A DNA stretch of 64,000 nt, taken from the NCBI GenBank assembly GCA_963726905.1, contig CAVSDZ010000016.1:3028-67027 (forward strand), in the 5' to 3' direction. Shown one piece after another: positions 47,975 through 57,678 of this stretch (its first letter is position 1; every line of letters starts with the position of its first letter). The position numbers were made by a program, and so were the translations under genes. This DNA comes from an uncultured Microthrixaceae bacterium. GTDB taxonomy: Bacteria > Actinomycetota > Acidimicrobiia > Acidimicrobiales > Acidimicrobilacustridaceae. The notes beneath the pieces are model-generated. The model searched no databases. It was not told where the DNA came from and saw only the letters and a list, made by a program, of their open reading frames with translations.

Positions 47975-48139
47975 TCAGGACGACTCGGTGTCGTCCTCGT
48001 CGGCGGCGCCCCGCTTCAGGCCCTTCTCGAACTCCGACTTGGCTGAGCCGAGGGAGCGGGCCAGCTGCGGCAGCTTGGCCCCGCCGAACAACAGCAGGAT
48101 CACGGCACCCACGATGAGCATCTCGGTTGCACTGGGCAT
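47975..48139 (-). CDS. tatA: Twin-arginine translocase subunit TatA/E
   Basis: These are the last 54 aa of ORF 47975..48619: MPSATEMLIVGAVILLLFGGAKLPQLARSLGSAKSEFEKGLKRGAADEDDTESS. Confidence 0.85.
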   Translation of the reverse strand: MPSATEMLIVGAVILLLFGGAKLPQLARSLGSAKSEFEKGLKRGAADEDDTESS

Positions 48140-48190
48140 GGGCCCACGGTAGTTCAACCGTTGCCCGGACCAACCGCGCGAGGCTGTCGC

Positions 48191-48990
48191 GTGCTCGAAT
48201 GCGTCCTCAACCTCAGCGAGGGGACCCGCCTCGACGTGGTGGCCCGGCTGGCGGCCGCCGCCGGTACGGACCTGCTCGACGTGCACGCCGATGCCCACCA
48301 CAACCGCGCCGTGCTCACCCTCGTGGGCGAGGACAGCCCGAGGGCGGTCACCCGGGCCGCGGTCGAGGAGCTGGATCTGCGGACCCATCGCGGTGTTCAT
48401 CCCCGCATCGGGGTGGTGGACGTGGTCCCCTTCGTCCCGCTGGGCGCCGCCACCCTGGCCGAGGCCGAGGCGGCCGCCGACCGCTACGCCCGGTGGGCCG
48501 GCACCGAGCTCGCCCTCCCGTGCTTCCGCTACGGCACCCGGCGGACGCTGCCCGAGGTTCGCCGGGGGGCGTTCGTGGCCTTCGCGCCCGACTGGGGCCC
48601 GGTCGACCCCGCATCCCACCGCGGGAGCGGTGGCGGTGGGGGCCCGACCGGCGCTGGTGGCCTACAACCTGTGGCTGCAGCGACCCGGACCTGGATCGGG
48701 CCCGCGCCATCGCCCGGGAGCTGCGCGGACCGGCGGTGCGGGCGCTCGGCTTGGCCGTGGGCGACCAGGTCCAGGTGTCGATGAACCTCATCGACCCCGC
48801 CACCGTGGGCCCGGCCCAGGTGTACGACGAGGTGGCCGCCGAGGCGCCGGTGGCACGCGCCGAGCTGGTGGGGCTGGTGCCGCGGGCCATCCTGCACGAG
48901 GTGGAACCGACCCGCTGGGCGCTCCTGGATCTCAGCGAGGAGCAGACGATCGAGGCCCGCCTCGAGGCGCGGGGCCTCTCACTGCCGTGA
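48191..48990 (+). CDS. Glutamate formimidoyltransferase-like (FTCD N-terminal domain) protein (2 frame jumps)
   Basis: The GTG at 48191 opens VLECVLNLSEGTRLDVVARLAAAAGTDLLDVHADAHHNRAVLTLVG...GVHPRIGVVDVVPFVPL (ORF 48161..48784). The homology continues as HPTAGAVAVGARPALVAYNLWL, then RARAIARELRGPAVRALGLAVGDQVQVSMNLIDP...ELVGLVP (ORF 48127..48990). Confidence 0.7.
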
Positions 48991-48998
48991 GGCGTGGT

Positions 48999-49274
48999 TC
49001 AGCCGGCGTTGGCCGCGGCCCGAGCCAGCGCCCGCTGGCGACGGATGCGGCGGCGCTCGCGTTCGCTCATGCCACCCCAGATGCCGAACTTCTCGCCGTT
49101 GGCCAGGGCGTACTCGAGGCAGTCCTCCCGCACGACACAGCCACGGCACACCTCTTTGGCCTCCCGGGTGGACGCGCCCCGCTCGGGGAAGAAGAGGTCA
49201 GGGTCGACGCCGAGACAGTTGGCGTAGTCCTGCCAGGTTGACTCCACGGTTTCGTCGGCGGATACATGCAGCAT
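48999..49274 (-). CDS. whiB: WhiB-family regulator (WhiB2/WhmD-like by motif)
   Basis: The ATG at 49274 has AAGGAGG 6 nt upstream. The product reads MLHVSADETVESTWQDYANCLGVDPDLFFPERGASTREAKEVCRGCVVREDCLEYALANGEKFGIWGGMSERERRRIRR. Confidence 0.85.
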   Translation of the reverse strand: MLHVSADETVESTWQDYANCLGVDPDLFFPERGASTREAKEVCRGCVVREDCLEYALANGEKFGIWGGMSERERRRIRRQRALARAAANAG

Positions 49275-49399
49275 GTCCGGCCTCCTTTTCCCCGCCCTGG
49301 TACCAGACACCAGAGCTGTCGACGCAACGTTCGTCGCACGGACAGCTCGCCCCCCTCGGATGCCCTACACATCCTTGGACGAGTGGCTCGTACCACATC

Positions 49400-49409
49400 T
49401 GTAATTACA
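49400..49409. promoter_or_regulatory. Perfect 10-bp AT-rich palindrome TGTAATTACA in the whiB (48999-49274) upstream region
   Basis: Read directly from the sequence. It lies 126 nt upstream of the ATG, in the only AT-rich patch of the 209-nt gap. Confidence 0.25.
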
Positions 49410-49483
49410 ACGCTGTGATCATGGCCTGCGTGCGGGCCGGACGCAAGAGAAAGCTTGGATTTTTCCTTGTCCTGGCGCGGTTC

Positions 49484-50071
49484 TCACATTTTCTCGACGT
49501 CGGCCGATGAGGCGGCGTCGCCGTCGATCGTCCGACTCAGGACGACGAATTCGAGGTCGGGTCGCCGGGGCCGTCCGAAGCGCTCGTCGCCGTAGGGGAA
49601 GGGCCGGGTCTCCCCCGTCGGTCGGTAGCCCAGCCGCTCGTACCAGGCGATGAGATCGGTGCGCTGGCGGATCACGGTCATGACGATGCGCTCGGCGCCC
49701 ATGGCGCCGCCCGCCACCCGCTCGGCCTCGCCCACGATGGCCCGGCCCAGACCGGCGCCCTGACGGCGGGGGGCCACCGCGAACAGGCCCAGGTACGCGG
49801 TGGCGTCCGGGCGCGCCTCGAGCTGGCAACAGCCCACCAACTCGGCCTCCCCAGCCACACCGGCATCGACGACCTCGGCCACCACGATGCGGGACCGCGG
49901 TGAGGCGATGATCTCGGCCACGGCCTCGGCATCGGTGCGCTGGCCGTCGAGCAGGTGCGCCTCGGTCGTCCACCCCTGGCGGCTGGACGCTCCCCGGTAG
50001 GCCGACTCGACCAGGGCCACGACCGCCTCGACGTCGTCGGGCCCGGCGGTGCGGAACCGCGGGGTGCTCAT
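49484..50071 (-). CDS. GNAT-family N-acetyltransferase
   Basis: This is an intact 195-aa ORF. It reads AYLGLFAVAPRRQGAGLGRAIVGEAERVA, which contains the acetyl-CoA-binding R/Q-x-x-G-x-G/A motif. Confidence 0.8.
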   Translation of the reverse strand: MSTPRFRTAGPDDVEAVVALVESAYRGASSRQGWTTEAHLLDGQRTDAEAVAEIIASPRSRIVVAEVVDAGVAGEAELVGCCQLEARPDATAYLGLFAVAPRRQGAGLGRAIVGEAERVAGGAMGAERIVMTVIRQRTDLIAWYERLGYRPTGETRPFPYGDERFGRPRRPDLEFVVLSRTIDGDAASSADVEKM

Positions 50072-50087
50072 CGACGGGCGACGCGCA

Positions 50088-52112
50088 TCAAGCGGTGCGG
50101 CGCCCGCGGATCAGCTCACGGCGCTGCTCGAGGAAGTCGACGAGCACGTAGTCGCCCAGCGTCTCCGGGGTGGTGAAGAAGGCCCGGCCCCGGTTGAGCT
50201 GGGTGAGCTTCTCCACGAACTGGCGGAGGTGCTGGGTGGGGTCGAGCATGAAGGTGTTGATCCGGATGCCGTCGCGGGTGCAACGGGCCACCTCTTTGAG
50301 GGTGGCGTCCACGGTCTCGCGCACCGGCGGGTAGTTGAAGAACACGTCCCCCCGCTCGGTGATGTGGGCGGTGGGCTCGCCGTCGGTGATCATGATGATC
50401 TGCTTGGTGCCGCTCTGGCGGGCCAGCAGGCGCCGGCTGATCTGGAAGGCGTGCTGCATGTTGGTGCCGTAGACGAAGTCCCACGACACCTCGGGCAGCT
50501 GCTCGGCCTTGAGCTCGCGGGCCACCTCGCTGAAGCCCACGATGCCCAGGTAGTCGCGCGGGTACTGGCTGGAGATGAGCGAGTGCAGCGCCATGGCCAC
50601 CTTCTTGGCCGGCAGGAAGTTGTCGCGCATGGGCATCGACAGCGAGAGGTCGAGCATCAACACGGTGCTGGAGCGCACCAGCTGCTCGGTGCGCTCGACC
50701 TCGAAGTCGTCGGGGGTCAGCGCCACCGGGGTGCCGCCGCCGGTCCGGCGGATGGCGTTGCGGACGGTGCGCTCGATGTTGAGGTTGAACGGGTCACCGA
50801 ACTCGTAGGGCTTGGTGTCGTAGTCGCGTTCGTGGCCGACCCCGGTGCGCTCCAGCTCGTGCTTGCCGATCTGGTTCGAGTCCATCTTCTTGAACAGGTC
50901 GCTCAGGGCGTTCTGCCCGATGCGGCGGATGCCCCGGGGGGTCAGCTCGAAGCGACCCTCGGTGTTCTCGATGAGGCCGGCCTCCTCGAGCTGGCGGGCC
51001 AGCTCCGACATGCGATCGAGGCTCTCGGCCGCGTCGTCGCCCAGCAGGTCTCGGGCCCGGTCCAGATCGACCTCGGCCAACGCCCCCGGGGAGGTGGCCC
51101 CCCGCAGCAGGTTCTCCAGCTGGTCGATGTCGCCCAGCTCCTGCATCATCTGCGCCGCCTCGGCGAAGCCGAGCGGGTCCTGCCCGCTGAAGTCGTAGCT
51201 GCGTCCCCACCCCTTCTGAGGGAAGAGGTTCTGCAGGTTCTGACCCAGCTGGTCCATCTGCCAGCGCAGGTCCATGTCCTCCAGCAGCTGCTCGGACAGG
51301 CCCTGGAGCTGAGCCCGCTGCTCCGGGGTCATCGAGTTGAGCATGGCCTGCATGGCCGCCATGCGCTCGGCCATGATCTCGAGCAGCTCGTCGAGGGTCT
51401 CGGGGTTCTCGGGGAAGAAGTCGCCGAAGCGCTCCATGAACGAGGCGAAGTCGGGCTCCTCGCCCCGCTGGCGCTGCTCCAACATCTCGTTGAGGGCCGA
51501 CAGCATGTCCTTCATGCGGGCCATGTCCTCGGCCGAGATCTCGCTCATGGCCCCGGCCATCTGGTTGAAGTAGCTCTGGGCCAGCTGCTGGCGGAGCTGG
51601 TCGAGCAGCTCCTCGAACTTCTCGCGGGCCTCGCTGGAGGTGAACTCGTAGTTCTGCAGGTCCCTGACCTGGCCGGCGAGGTCGGGCGACAGCATGTCCA
51701 GCTGCATCTGGCGCTCCTGCACCACCTGGTCGGTGATCTCCTGGCGGCGCTGGTCACCGGCTTCGCCCGCCTCGCGGGCCTCGGCCGCCAGCTCGTCGAG
51801 CGCGCCCCGCTCCATGTCCACCACGTCGCGCAGCTCCTGGGCGATGTCGTCGTAGACCCCGCCGAGGTCGTAGCGCTCCAACTCGTCACGACGCTTGCGC
51901 CGGAGCTTCTCGAGCATCTCCCGGATGCCCTGGATGCGCTCGCCGTTCTGATCCTTGAAGCCCGACTGCATCATGCGGCGCAGGGCCGCGTTCAGGTCGC
52001 CGTGATAGAGCAGGTCGTCGGTGATCTCGCTGAAGATGTCGTCGGCGTTGAGCTCGAACCCGACCTGCGAGCCGTCCCAGCGCGAGTAGCGAACCGTGCG
52101 CGGCGTGGTCAT
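50088..52112 (-). CDS. vWA-domain protein (Rv0959-like partner of a MoxR/Mg-chelatase-type AAA+ ATPase)
   Basis: This is intact, 674 aa from MTTPRTVRYSRWDGSQ. A long helical middle region is followed by a C-terminal vWA domain with the MIDAS motif LMLDLSLSM...GFSEVA...IIMITDGEPT. Confidence 0.75.
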   Translation of the reverse strand: MTTPRTVRYSRWDGSQVGFELNADDIFSEITDDLLYHGDLNAALRRMMQSGFKDQNGERIQGIREMLEKLRRKRRDELERYDLGGVYDDIAQELRDVVDMERGALDELAAEAREAGEAGDQRRQEITDQVVQERQMQLDMLSPDLAGQVRDLQNYEFTSSEAREKFEELLDQLRQQLAQSYFNQMAGAMSEISAEDMARMKDMLSALNEMLEQRQRGEEPDFASFMERFGDFFPENPETLDELLEIMAERMAAMQAMLNSMTPEQRAQLQGLSEQLLEDMDLRWQMDQLGQNLQNLFPQKGWGRSYDFSGQDPLGFAEAAQMMQELGDIDQLENLLRGATSPGALAEVDLDRARDLLGDDAAESLDRMSELARQLEEAGLIENTEGRFELTPRGIRRIGQNALSDLFKKMDSNQIGKHELERTGVGHERDYDTKPYEFGDPFNLNIERTVRNAIRRTGGGTPVALTPDDFEVERTEQLVRSSTVLMLDLSLSMPMRDNFLPAKKVAMALHSLISSQYPRDYLGIVGFSEVARELKAEQLPEVSWDFVYGTNMQHAFQISRRLLARQSGTKQIIMITDGEPTAHITERGDVFFNYPPVRETVDATLKEVARCTRDGIRINTFMLDPTQHLRQFVEKLTQLNRGRAFFTTPETLGDYVLVDFLEQRRELIRGRRTA

Positions 52113-52162
52113 GGGGCCGAGGGTACCGGGGTGCGCCCCCGCTCGCGGGCTGCGGCCCGGCC

Positions 52163-53191
52163 GTGGCGGACCTGGCATGCTGCACCGTCGTGGACGTCGG
52201 TGACGACCCCGGGCTGGCCGGCCCCGACCGGCCCGAGCTGGACTCGGCGATCGCCGAGTGGGTCGCCGGGGCGTTCGACCTGGGCTCGCCGGCCGCCGCT
52301 CCCTACGCCGCCCGGGGCGAGCTCGGCTACGTGTTCCGGCTCGACACCGACGCCGGTCGCTTCGCCGTGAAGCAGCTGCGCCTGCCCCCGGACGAGGCCG
52401 GGGGCGACGATGCCGGGTTCCAGCTCGCTCTGGCGGCGGCCGGGGTGCCCCTGCCCGCGCCGATCCTGGCCTCGGACGGCGAGGCGGTGGCCGTAGGGCC
52501 CGACGGGGTCGCCTACCGGGCGTATGAGTGGGTCGACCTGGACGCCGGAGCGACCGTCGACCCCGGCGCCGCCGGGACGATCCTGGCCCGGGTCCACCGG
52601 CGGGCGTGGCCGGCGGGGGCGCCCGAGCCCTGGTACACCGATCCCGGACCGGCCGACCGGTGGGCTCGCCTGACGGAGCGGGGCGGCGAAGCGGGGGCGA
52701 GCTGGGCCGAGGCGCTGGCCGGGGCCGTCCCCGCCCTGCAGGAGACGCAGGCGGTGGCGAACGCCGGCGCGGCCGCCCCCGTGGTGCGCTGCCACCTCGA
52801 CTACAACCGCGAGAACGTGCTGGTCGACACGAAGGGGCGGCCGTGCGTGCTCGACTGGGAGAACTCCGGCCCCGGCGTCCCCGACCAGGAGCTGGCCCAG
52901 GCGTTGACCGAGTTCGGCCCGAGCGAGCCGGGCTCGATCGACCCGGCGGCGGTCCGAGCGCTGGCCGAGGGCTACCGCGACGCCGACGGGCCCGGCCGGC
53001 TGGTCGACCTCACGACGTTCGCCATGACCTTCGCCGTGCAGGCCAACCTGCTCGCCTTCTACGCCGAGCGCTCGCTGACGGGCGACCCCGCCGACCGTCC
53101 CCACTCCGACTGGCGGGTGGAGACCATGGTGGACGGCCTCGTCACGGTCGCCACCGCGGCGGAGATCATGGCCCTCGTCGGCACCGGGTGA
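52163..53191 (+). CDS. Aminoglycoside-phosphotransferase-fold (APH/ChoK-like) kinase family protein
   Basis: This is an intact 342-aa ORF. It reads FAVKQLR...YEWVDL...VVRCHLDYNRENVLVDTKGRPCVLDWENSG, which contains the HxDxxxxN catalytic loop and the DxE/DW metal site. Confidence 0.7.
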   Translation: MADLACCTVVDVGDDPGLAGPDRPELDSAIAEWVAGAFDLGSPAAAPYAARGELGYVFRLDTDAGRFAVKQLRLPPDEAGGDDAGFQLALAAAGVPLPAPILASDGEAVAVGPDGVAYRAYEWVDLDAGATVDPGAAGTILARVHRRAWPAGAPEPWYTDPGPADRWARLTERGGEAGASWAEALAGAVPALQETQAVANAGAAAPVVRCHLDYNRENVLVDTKGRPCVLDWENSGPGVPDQELAQALTEFGPSEPGSIDPAAVRALAEGYRDADGPGRLVDLTTFAMTFAVQANLLAFYAERSLTGDPADRPHSDWRVETMVDGLVTVATAAEIMALVGTG

Positions 53192-53237
53192 GGTCGACAA
53201 GCGAGGCCACACGCGGTTGACTGAATGGCGCTAGGAC

Positions 53238-53251
53238 TAGAACTCGTTCTG
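53238..53251. promoter_or_regulatory. KstR-type (TetR-family) operator-like palindrome upstream of the acyl-CoA dehydrogenase pair
   Basis: TAGAACTCGTTCTG fits the TnnAACnnGTTnnA motif in 13 of 14 positions (the last A is G here). It lies 38 nt upstream of the ATG at 53289 and is preceded by TTGACT (53218-53223). Confidence 0.4.
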
Positions 53252-53288
53252 ATTTTGCGCGTCGCCGGGCGCCACGAGGGGGAACCCG

Positions 53289-54467
53289 ATGTACATCGGT
53301 TACACAGCCGAACACGAAGCCCTACGTCAGGAGCTGCGGGCCTACTACCACGACCTGCTCACCCCTGAGCTGGTGCGCGACCTGGCCCACAGCGAGGGCA
53401 TCGGCCCGGTGTCGCGTGGCGTCGTGCGCCAGATGGCCGCCGACGGCTGGCTGGGGATCGGCTGGCCCACCGAGTACGGCGGGCAAGGGCGCGGCTACAT
53501 CGACCAGTTCATCTTCTTCGACGAGTCGATGCGGGCCGGCGCACCCGTCCCCATGCTCACCATCAACTCGGTGGCCCCCACGATCATGAAGTACGGGTCG
53601 CAGGCCCAGAAGGACTTCTTCCTGCCCAAGATCCTGGCCGGCGAGATCCACTTCTGCATCGGCTACACCGAGCCCGACGCCGGCACCGATCTGGCCTCGC
53701 TCAAGAGCCGGGCCGTGCGCGACGGCGACGAGTGGGTCATCAACGGCACCAAGATCTTCACCAGCCTGGCCACCGACGCCGACTACGTGTGGCTGGCCGT
53801 GCGCACCAACCCCGAGGCGTCGCGCCACAAGGGCATCTCGATGATCATCGTCCCCACCGACACCCCCGGCTTCAAGGCCGTCCCGATCCAGAACTTCGGC
53901 AACTTCAACACCAACTACACGTTCTACGAGGACGTGCGGGTGCCGTACGACAACGTGGTCAAGGGCGAGGGCGAGGGCTGGCCGCTCATCATGGAGCAGC
54001 TCAACCACGAGCGGGTCACCCTGTGCTCGTCGGGGATCATGGAGCGCGCCCTCGACGACGTGCGCCGCTACGCCCAGGAGCTGCGCCTGCCCGACGGGCG
54101 CCGACTGGTCGATGAGCCCTGGGTCCAGATGAACCTGGCCTGGGTGCACGCCCGCGTCGACGTCCTGCGCACCATGAACTGGCAGGTGGCCTGGCACGCC
54201 GAGAACGGTGACTCGCTCGACCCGGCGGCGGCCTCGGCCGTCAAGGTGTTCGGCACCGAGTTCTACATGGAGGGCCTGCAGAAGCTGCTGGAGATCCTGG
54301 GCCCGGCCGCCAACTTCCGCGAGGGTTCCCCGGACGCCGCCATCCACGGCCGCCTCTCCAACCTGCTGCGGGGGCTGCACGTGCTGACCTTCGGCGGCGG
54401 CACCAACGAGCTGCAACGTGACCTGATCGCCATCTTCGGCCTGGGCCTGCCCGGGTCCCCCCGCTGA
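53289..54467 (+). CDS. Acyl-CoA dehydrogenase (catalytic Glu present)
   Basis: This is an intact 392-aa ORF. It reads GWLGIGWPTEYGGQG...FCIGYTEPDAGTDLASL...WVINGTKIFTS...FGGGTNELQRDLIA. Confidence 0.88.
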   Translation: MYIGYTAEHEALRQELRAYYHDLLTPELVRDLAHSEGIGPVSRGVVRQMAADGWLGIGWPTEYGGQGRGYIDQFIFFDESMRAGAPVPMLTINSVAPTIMKYGSQAQKDFFLPKILAGEIHFCIGYTEPDAGTDLASLKSRAVRDGDEWVINGTKIFTSLATDADYVWLAVRTNPEASRHKGISMIIVPTDTPGFKAVPIQNFGNFNTNYTFYEDVRVPYDNVVKGEGEGWPLIMEQLNHERVTLCSSGIMERALDDVRRYAQELRLPDGRRLVDEPWVQMNLAWVHARVDVLRTMNWQVAWHAENGDSLDPAAASAVKVFGTEFYMEGLQKLLEILGPAANFREGSPDAAIHGRLSNLLRGLHVLTFGGGTNELQRDLIAIFGLGLPGSPR

Positions 54468-54491
54468 GCCCACGAGAGGGACGACGACACC

Positions 54492-55620
54492 ATGGATTTC
54501 GCATTGTCCGAAGAGCAGCAGGCCATCGTCGAGCTGGGCTCGCAGATCCTGGGTGACCTGAGCGCGCCCGAGCGCCTGCGCGAGGTCGAGGCCGGGGCCG
54601 ATTGGTTCCACCGCGACCTGTGGAACGAGCTGGCCAAGGCCGGGCTGCTGGGCATCGCCCTGCCCACCTCGGTCGGCGGCGGCGGCTTCAGCTTCCTGGA
54701 GGCCTGCCTGCTGCTGGAGCGCCAGGGCCGCACCGTCAGCCCCGTGCCGCTGGTCTCGACGGTGGTGGCGTCGGTGGCCATCGCCGAGCTGGGCTCGGCC
54801 GATCAGCAGGCCGCCTGGCTGCCCGGTGTGGTGGCCGGCGACACCATCTTGACCGTGGCCCTCAGCGAGATCGGGACCAACCCTCGCGACCCGCAGCTGG
54901 GCGCCGTGCGCCACGACGACGGCTGGGCCCTCACCGGGGCCAAGACGGCGGTGCCGGCCGTGCACCTGGCCACGGCGATGGTGGTGCCCGCCCGCGACGC
55001 CGAAGGTGAGGTGCGACTGTTCGTGGTGCCCACGAACGCCTCCGGGCTGTCGAGCGAGCGCCAGGACACGTTCAACCACGAGCCGCAGTTCCACGTCGAC
55101 TTCGACGGCGTGGTCGTGGACGCCGCCGCCGAGCTCGTCGGTTCGACCCCGTCGGGCCAGGCTCCCATCGACTGGATCGTGGACCGGGCCACCGTGGGGC
55201 TGTGCGCGCTCGCGGCCGGGGTCAGCGACGCCGGCATGCGCCTGACGGCGGGCTACGTCGTCGAGCGCAAGCAGTTCGATCGGGCCATCGGCACGTTCCA
55301 GGCCGTGGGCCACCGCATGGCCGACTGCTACGTCGACAACGAGGCGATCCGCCTCTCGATGCTGCAGGCGGCCAGCCTCCTCGGGCTCAGACAGCCCGGC
55401 CGACGACGAGGTGGCGGTGGCCAAGTACTGGGCCTCCTACAGCGGCAGCCGGGTGGGCCACGCCGTGCTCCATCTGCACGGGGGCATCTCCATCGACCTC
55501 GACTACGCCGCGCACCGCTACTTCCTGTGGGCCAAGCAGATCGAGTTCCAGCTCGGCGCGGCCACCCCCCAGCTGGCCCGCCTGGGCCGGTCGCTGGCCG
55601 ACCAGCCGGTCAGCGCCTGA
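54492..55620 (+). CDS. Acyl-CoA dehydrogenase family protein, second subunit-like (one frameshift near 55390)
   Basis: ORF 54492..55772 gives MDFALSEEQQAIVELG...AGLLGIALPTSVGGGGFS...GWALTGAKTAVP...YVVERKQFDRAIGTFQAVGHRMADCYV. ORF 55411..55620 gives VAKYWASYSGSRVGHAVLHLHGGISIDLDYAAHRYFLWAKQIEFQLG. It starts 25 nt after the first ACAD. Confidence 0.8.
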
Positions 55621-55647
55621 CCACCGTCGGGGCGCGAGACTGCGGCC

Positions 55648-56908
55648 ATGAGCGCCTTCCCCGACGGCTTCTGGTGGGGTACGGGCGCGTCGTCGACCCA
55701 GTGCGAAGGAGCCGCGCCGCGCAGCGACTGGTACGCCTGGGAGCGAGCGGGCAAGGCCCCGCCGTCGGGTGAGGGCAACGGGTTCGGGCATCGCTACGCC
55801 GAGGACTTCCAGCTCTACGCCGAGCACGGTCTCAACCACCATCGCCTGTCGCTCGAATGGGCGCGGCTGGAGCCCGAGCCGGGTCGCCACGACCCGGCGG
55901 CGGTCGAGCACTACACCGCCATGCTGCGCGCCGCCCGCGACGCCGGCATCTCCATCTGGGCGTGCCTGCACCACTTCACCCTGCCCGGGTGGTTCAGCCA
56001 GGACGAGGGCGGGTTCGTCGACCGTCAGGCCCGCACGCCGCTACTGGCATCGCCACGTGGACTGGGTGGCCGAGACGTTCGGCGACCTGATCCACGGCTG
56101 GAAGCCCATCAACGAGCCCATCGCCTTCGCCCTGCTCGGCTGGCGCCTCGGGGTGCACCCGCCTGGCCGGCGTGACGACGCCGCCTTCGCCGAGGCCCTG
56201 GAGGCGACCCATCTGGCCAACCACGAGGCCTGGCGCCTGCTGCGCAGCGGCGATCAGCCGGTAGCCACCATCCACAACCTCACCCCGCTGTTCGCGGCCA
56301 CCCGCGGCACCGACCCCGACGAGCGGACGCAGGCCGAGGAGCGCACCCGCCGCTTCGACGAGTTCTCCTGGTGCTGGGCGCGGGCGCTGCGCGACGGCGT
56401 GCTCGAGGTGCCCGGTCGCGCCCCGATCGAGCTGGACGACCTGGCCGGCTCCTTCGACCTGGTGGGCTTCTCCTATTACTTCGCTCAATCCGTCTACACC
56501 GACGGCTTCGGGCCCTACCCCGCCGACGCCCGGGTCGGTCCCATGGGCTACGCCCCGTGGGCCGAGGGCCTCGGCATCGTCCTGCGCCGGCTGGCCGAGG
56601 AGCTCCCCGGCCGCGCCCTGCTGGTGGACGAGTGCGGCGTCGGCACCGACGACGACACCTGGCGGGTCGAGGTCCTGCGCGACAGCCTGGCCCAGGTCGA
56701 AGATGCCTTGGCCGACGGGATCGACGTGCGGGGCTTCTTCCACTGGACCGGCGTCGACAACTACGAGTGGGACTACGGGTTCGACGTGTCGTTCGGCCTG
56801 TTCGACCGGGATCGCAACGCCCGACCCAGCGCGGCCCTGGCCCGGGCCTTCGCCACGCGGGACGGCCTGACCCCGGGGGACGGCCTGACCCCCGGAGGGA
56901 CGACCTGA
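55648..56908 (+). CDS. Glycoside hydrolase family 1 (beta-glucosidase-like) (one frameshift near 56035)
   Basis: ORF 55648..56175 gives FPDGFWWGTGASSTQCEG...HRLSLEWARLEP...HHFTLPGW. ORF 55769..56908 gives WKPINEPIAFALLGW (acid/base NEP), LLVDECGVG (nucleophile Glu) and FFHWTGVDNYEWDYGF. Confidence 0.8.
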
Positions 56909-56916
56909 CCCCGGGG
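56861..56916. repeat. Imperfect 18-nt tandem repeat (about 3 units), rich in CCCCGGGG palindromes, at the 3' end of the GH1 gene
   Basis: The units are GACGGCCTGACCCCGGGG, GACGGCCTGACCCCCGGA and GGGACGACCTGACCCCGGGG. They encode the C-terminal DGLTPGDGLTPGGTT and span the stop codon. Confidence 0.7.
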
Positions 56917-56933
56917 CGTGCGATGCTGAGCGG

Positions 56934-57596
56934 ATGAGCGAAGCTCCCTCGCCGAAAGAGATCGCCGGTCGCCAGGCCGCGACGTACGTGACCGACGGGA
57001 TGCGGGTCGGCCTCGGCACCGGCTCGACCGTGCACTTCACCATCGTCGCCCTCGGCGAGCGGGGCCTCGACATCGTGTGCACCGCCACGTCGGTGCAGAC
57101 GCACCAGCTGGCCACCTCGCTCGGCCTCCGGGTGGTGAGCCCCGATGAGATCATGGCCCTCGACATCGCCATCGACGGGGCCGACGAGGTCGACCCCGCG
57201 TTCAACCTCACCAAGGGCGGCGGTGGGGCCCAGACCCGGGAGAAGGTGGTGGCCCAGATGGCCGAGCGCTTCGTGGTGGTGGTCGACGAGTCGAAGCTGG
57301 TGGAGCACCTGGGCCCGTTCGGGACGCCGCTGGAGGTGCTGGATTTCGCGCCGGCCGTGGTGGCCAGCCGGGTCCGGGCGCTGGGCGCCGTCGACGTGAC
57401 CACCCGCGACGGCCGCAGCGACAACGGCAACCTCTTGATGGACGCCCACTTCGGCACCATCGCCGACCCGTTGGCCCTCGGGGCGGAGCTGGCCGCGGTG
57501 CCGGGCATCGTCGAGCACGGCATCTTCCCCGGCGAGATGGTCGAGCGAGTGGTGGTGGCCGGCGTCTCCGGGGCCCGCGAGCTGATCAACGGCTAG
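56934..57596 (+). CDS. rpiA: Ribose-5-phosphate isomerase A
   Basis: This is an intact 220-aa ORF. It contains VGLGTGSTV, IDGADEVD, KGGGGAQTREKVV and PLEVLDFA. Confidence 0.9.
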   Translation: MSEAPSPKEIAGRQAATYVTDGMRVGLGTGSTVHFTIVALGERGLDIVCTATSVQTHQLATSLGLRVVSPDEIMALDIAIDGADEVDPAFNLTKGGGGAQTREKVVAQMAERFVVVVDESKLVEHLGPFGTPLEVLDFAPAVVASRVRALGAVDVTTRDGRSDNGNLLMDAHFGTIADPLALGAELAAVPGIVEHGIFPGEMVERVVVAGVSGARELING

Positions 57597-57678
57597 TATT
57601 GCGGCGAGGGAGTGGGGGCTCCGCAGATCCAGCCAGGCTGGGGCTGTTGTCCCTACTGGAGGAAGCGGGGGGACACCG

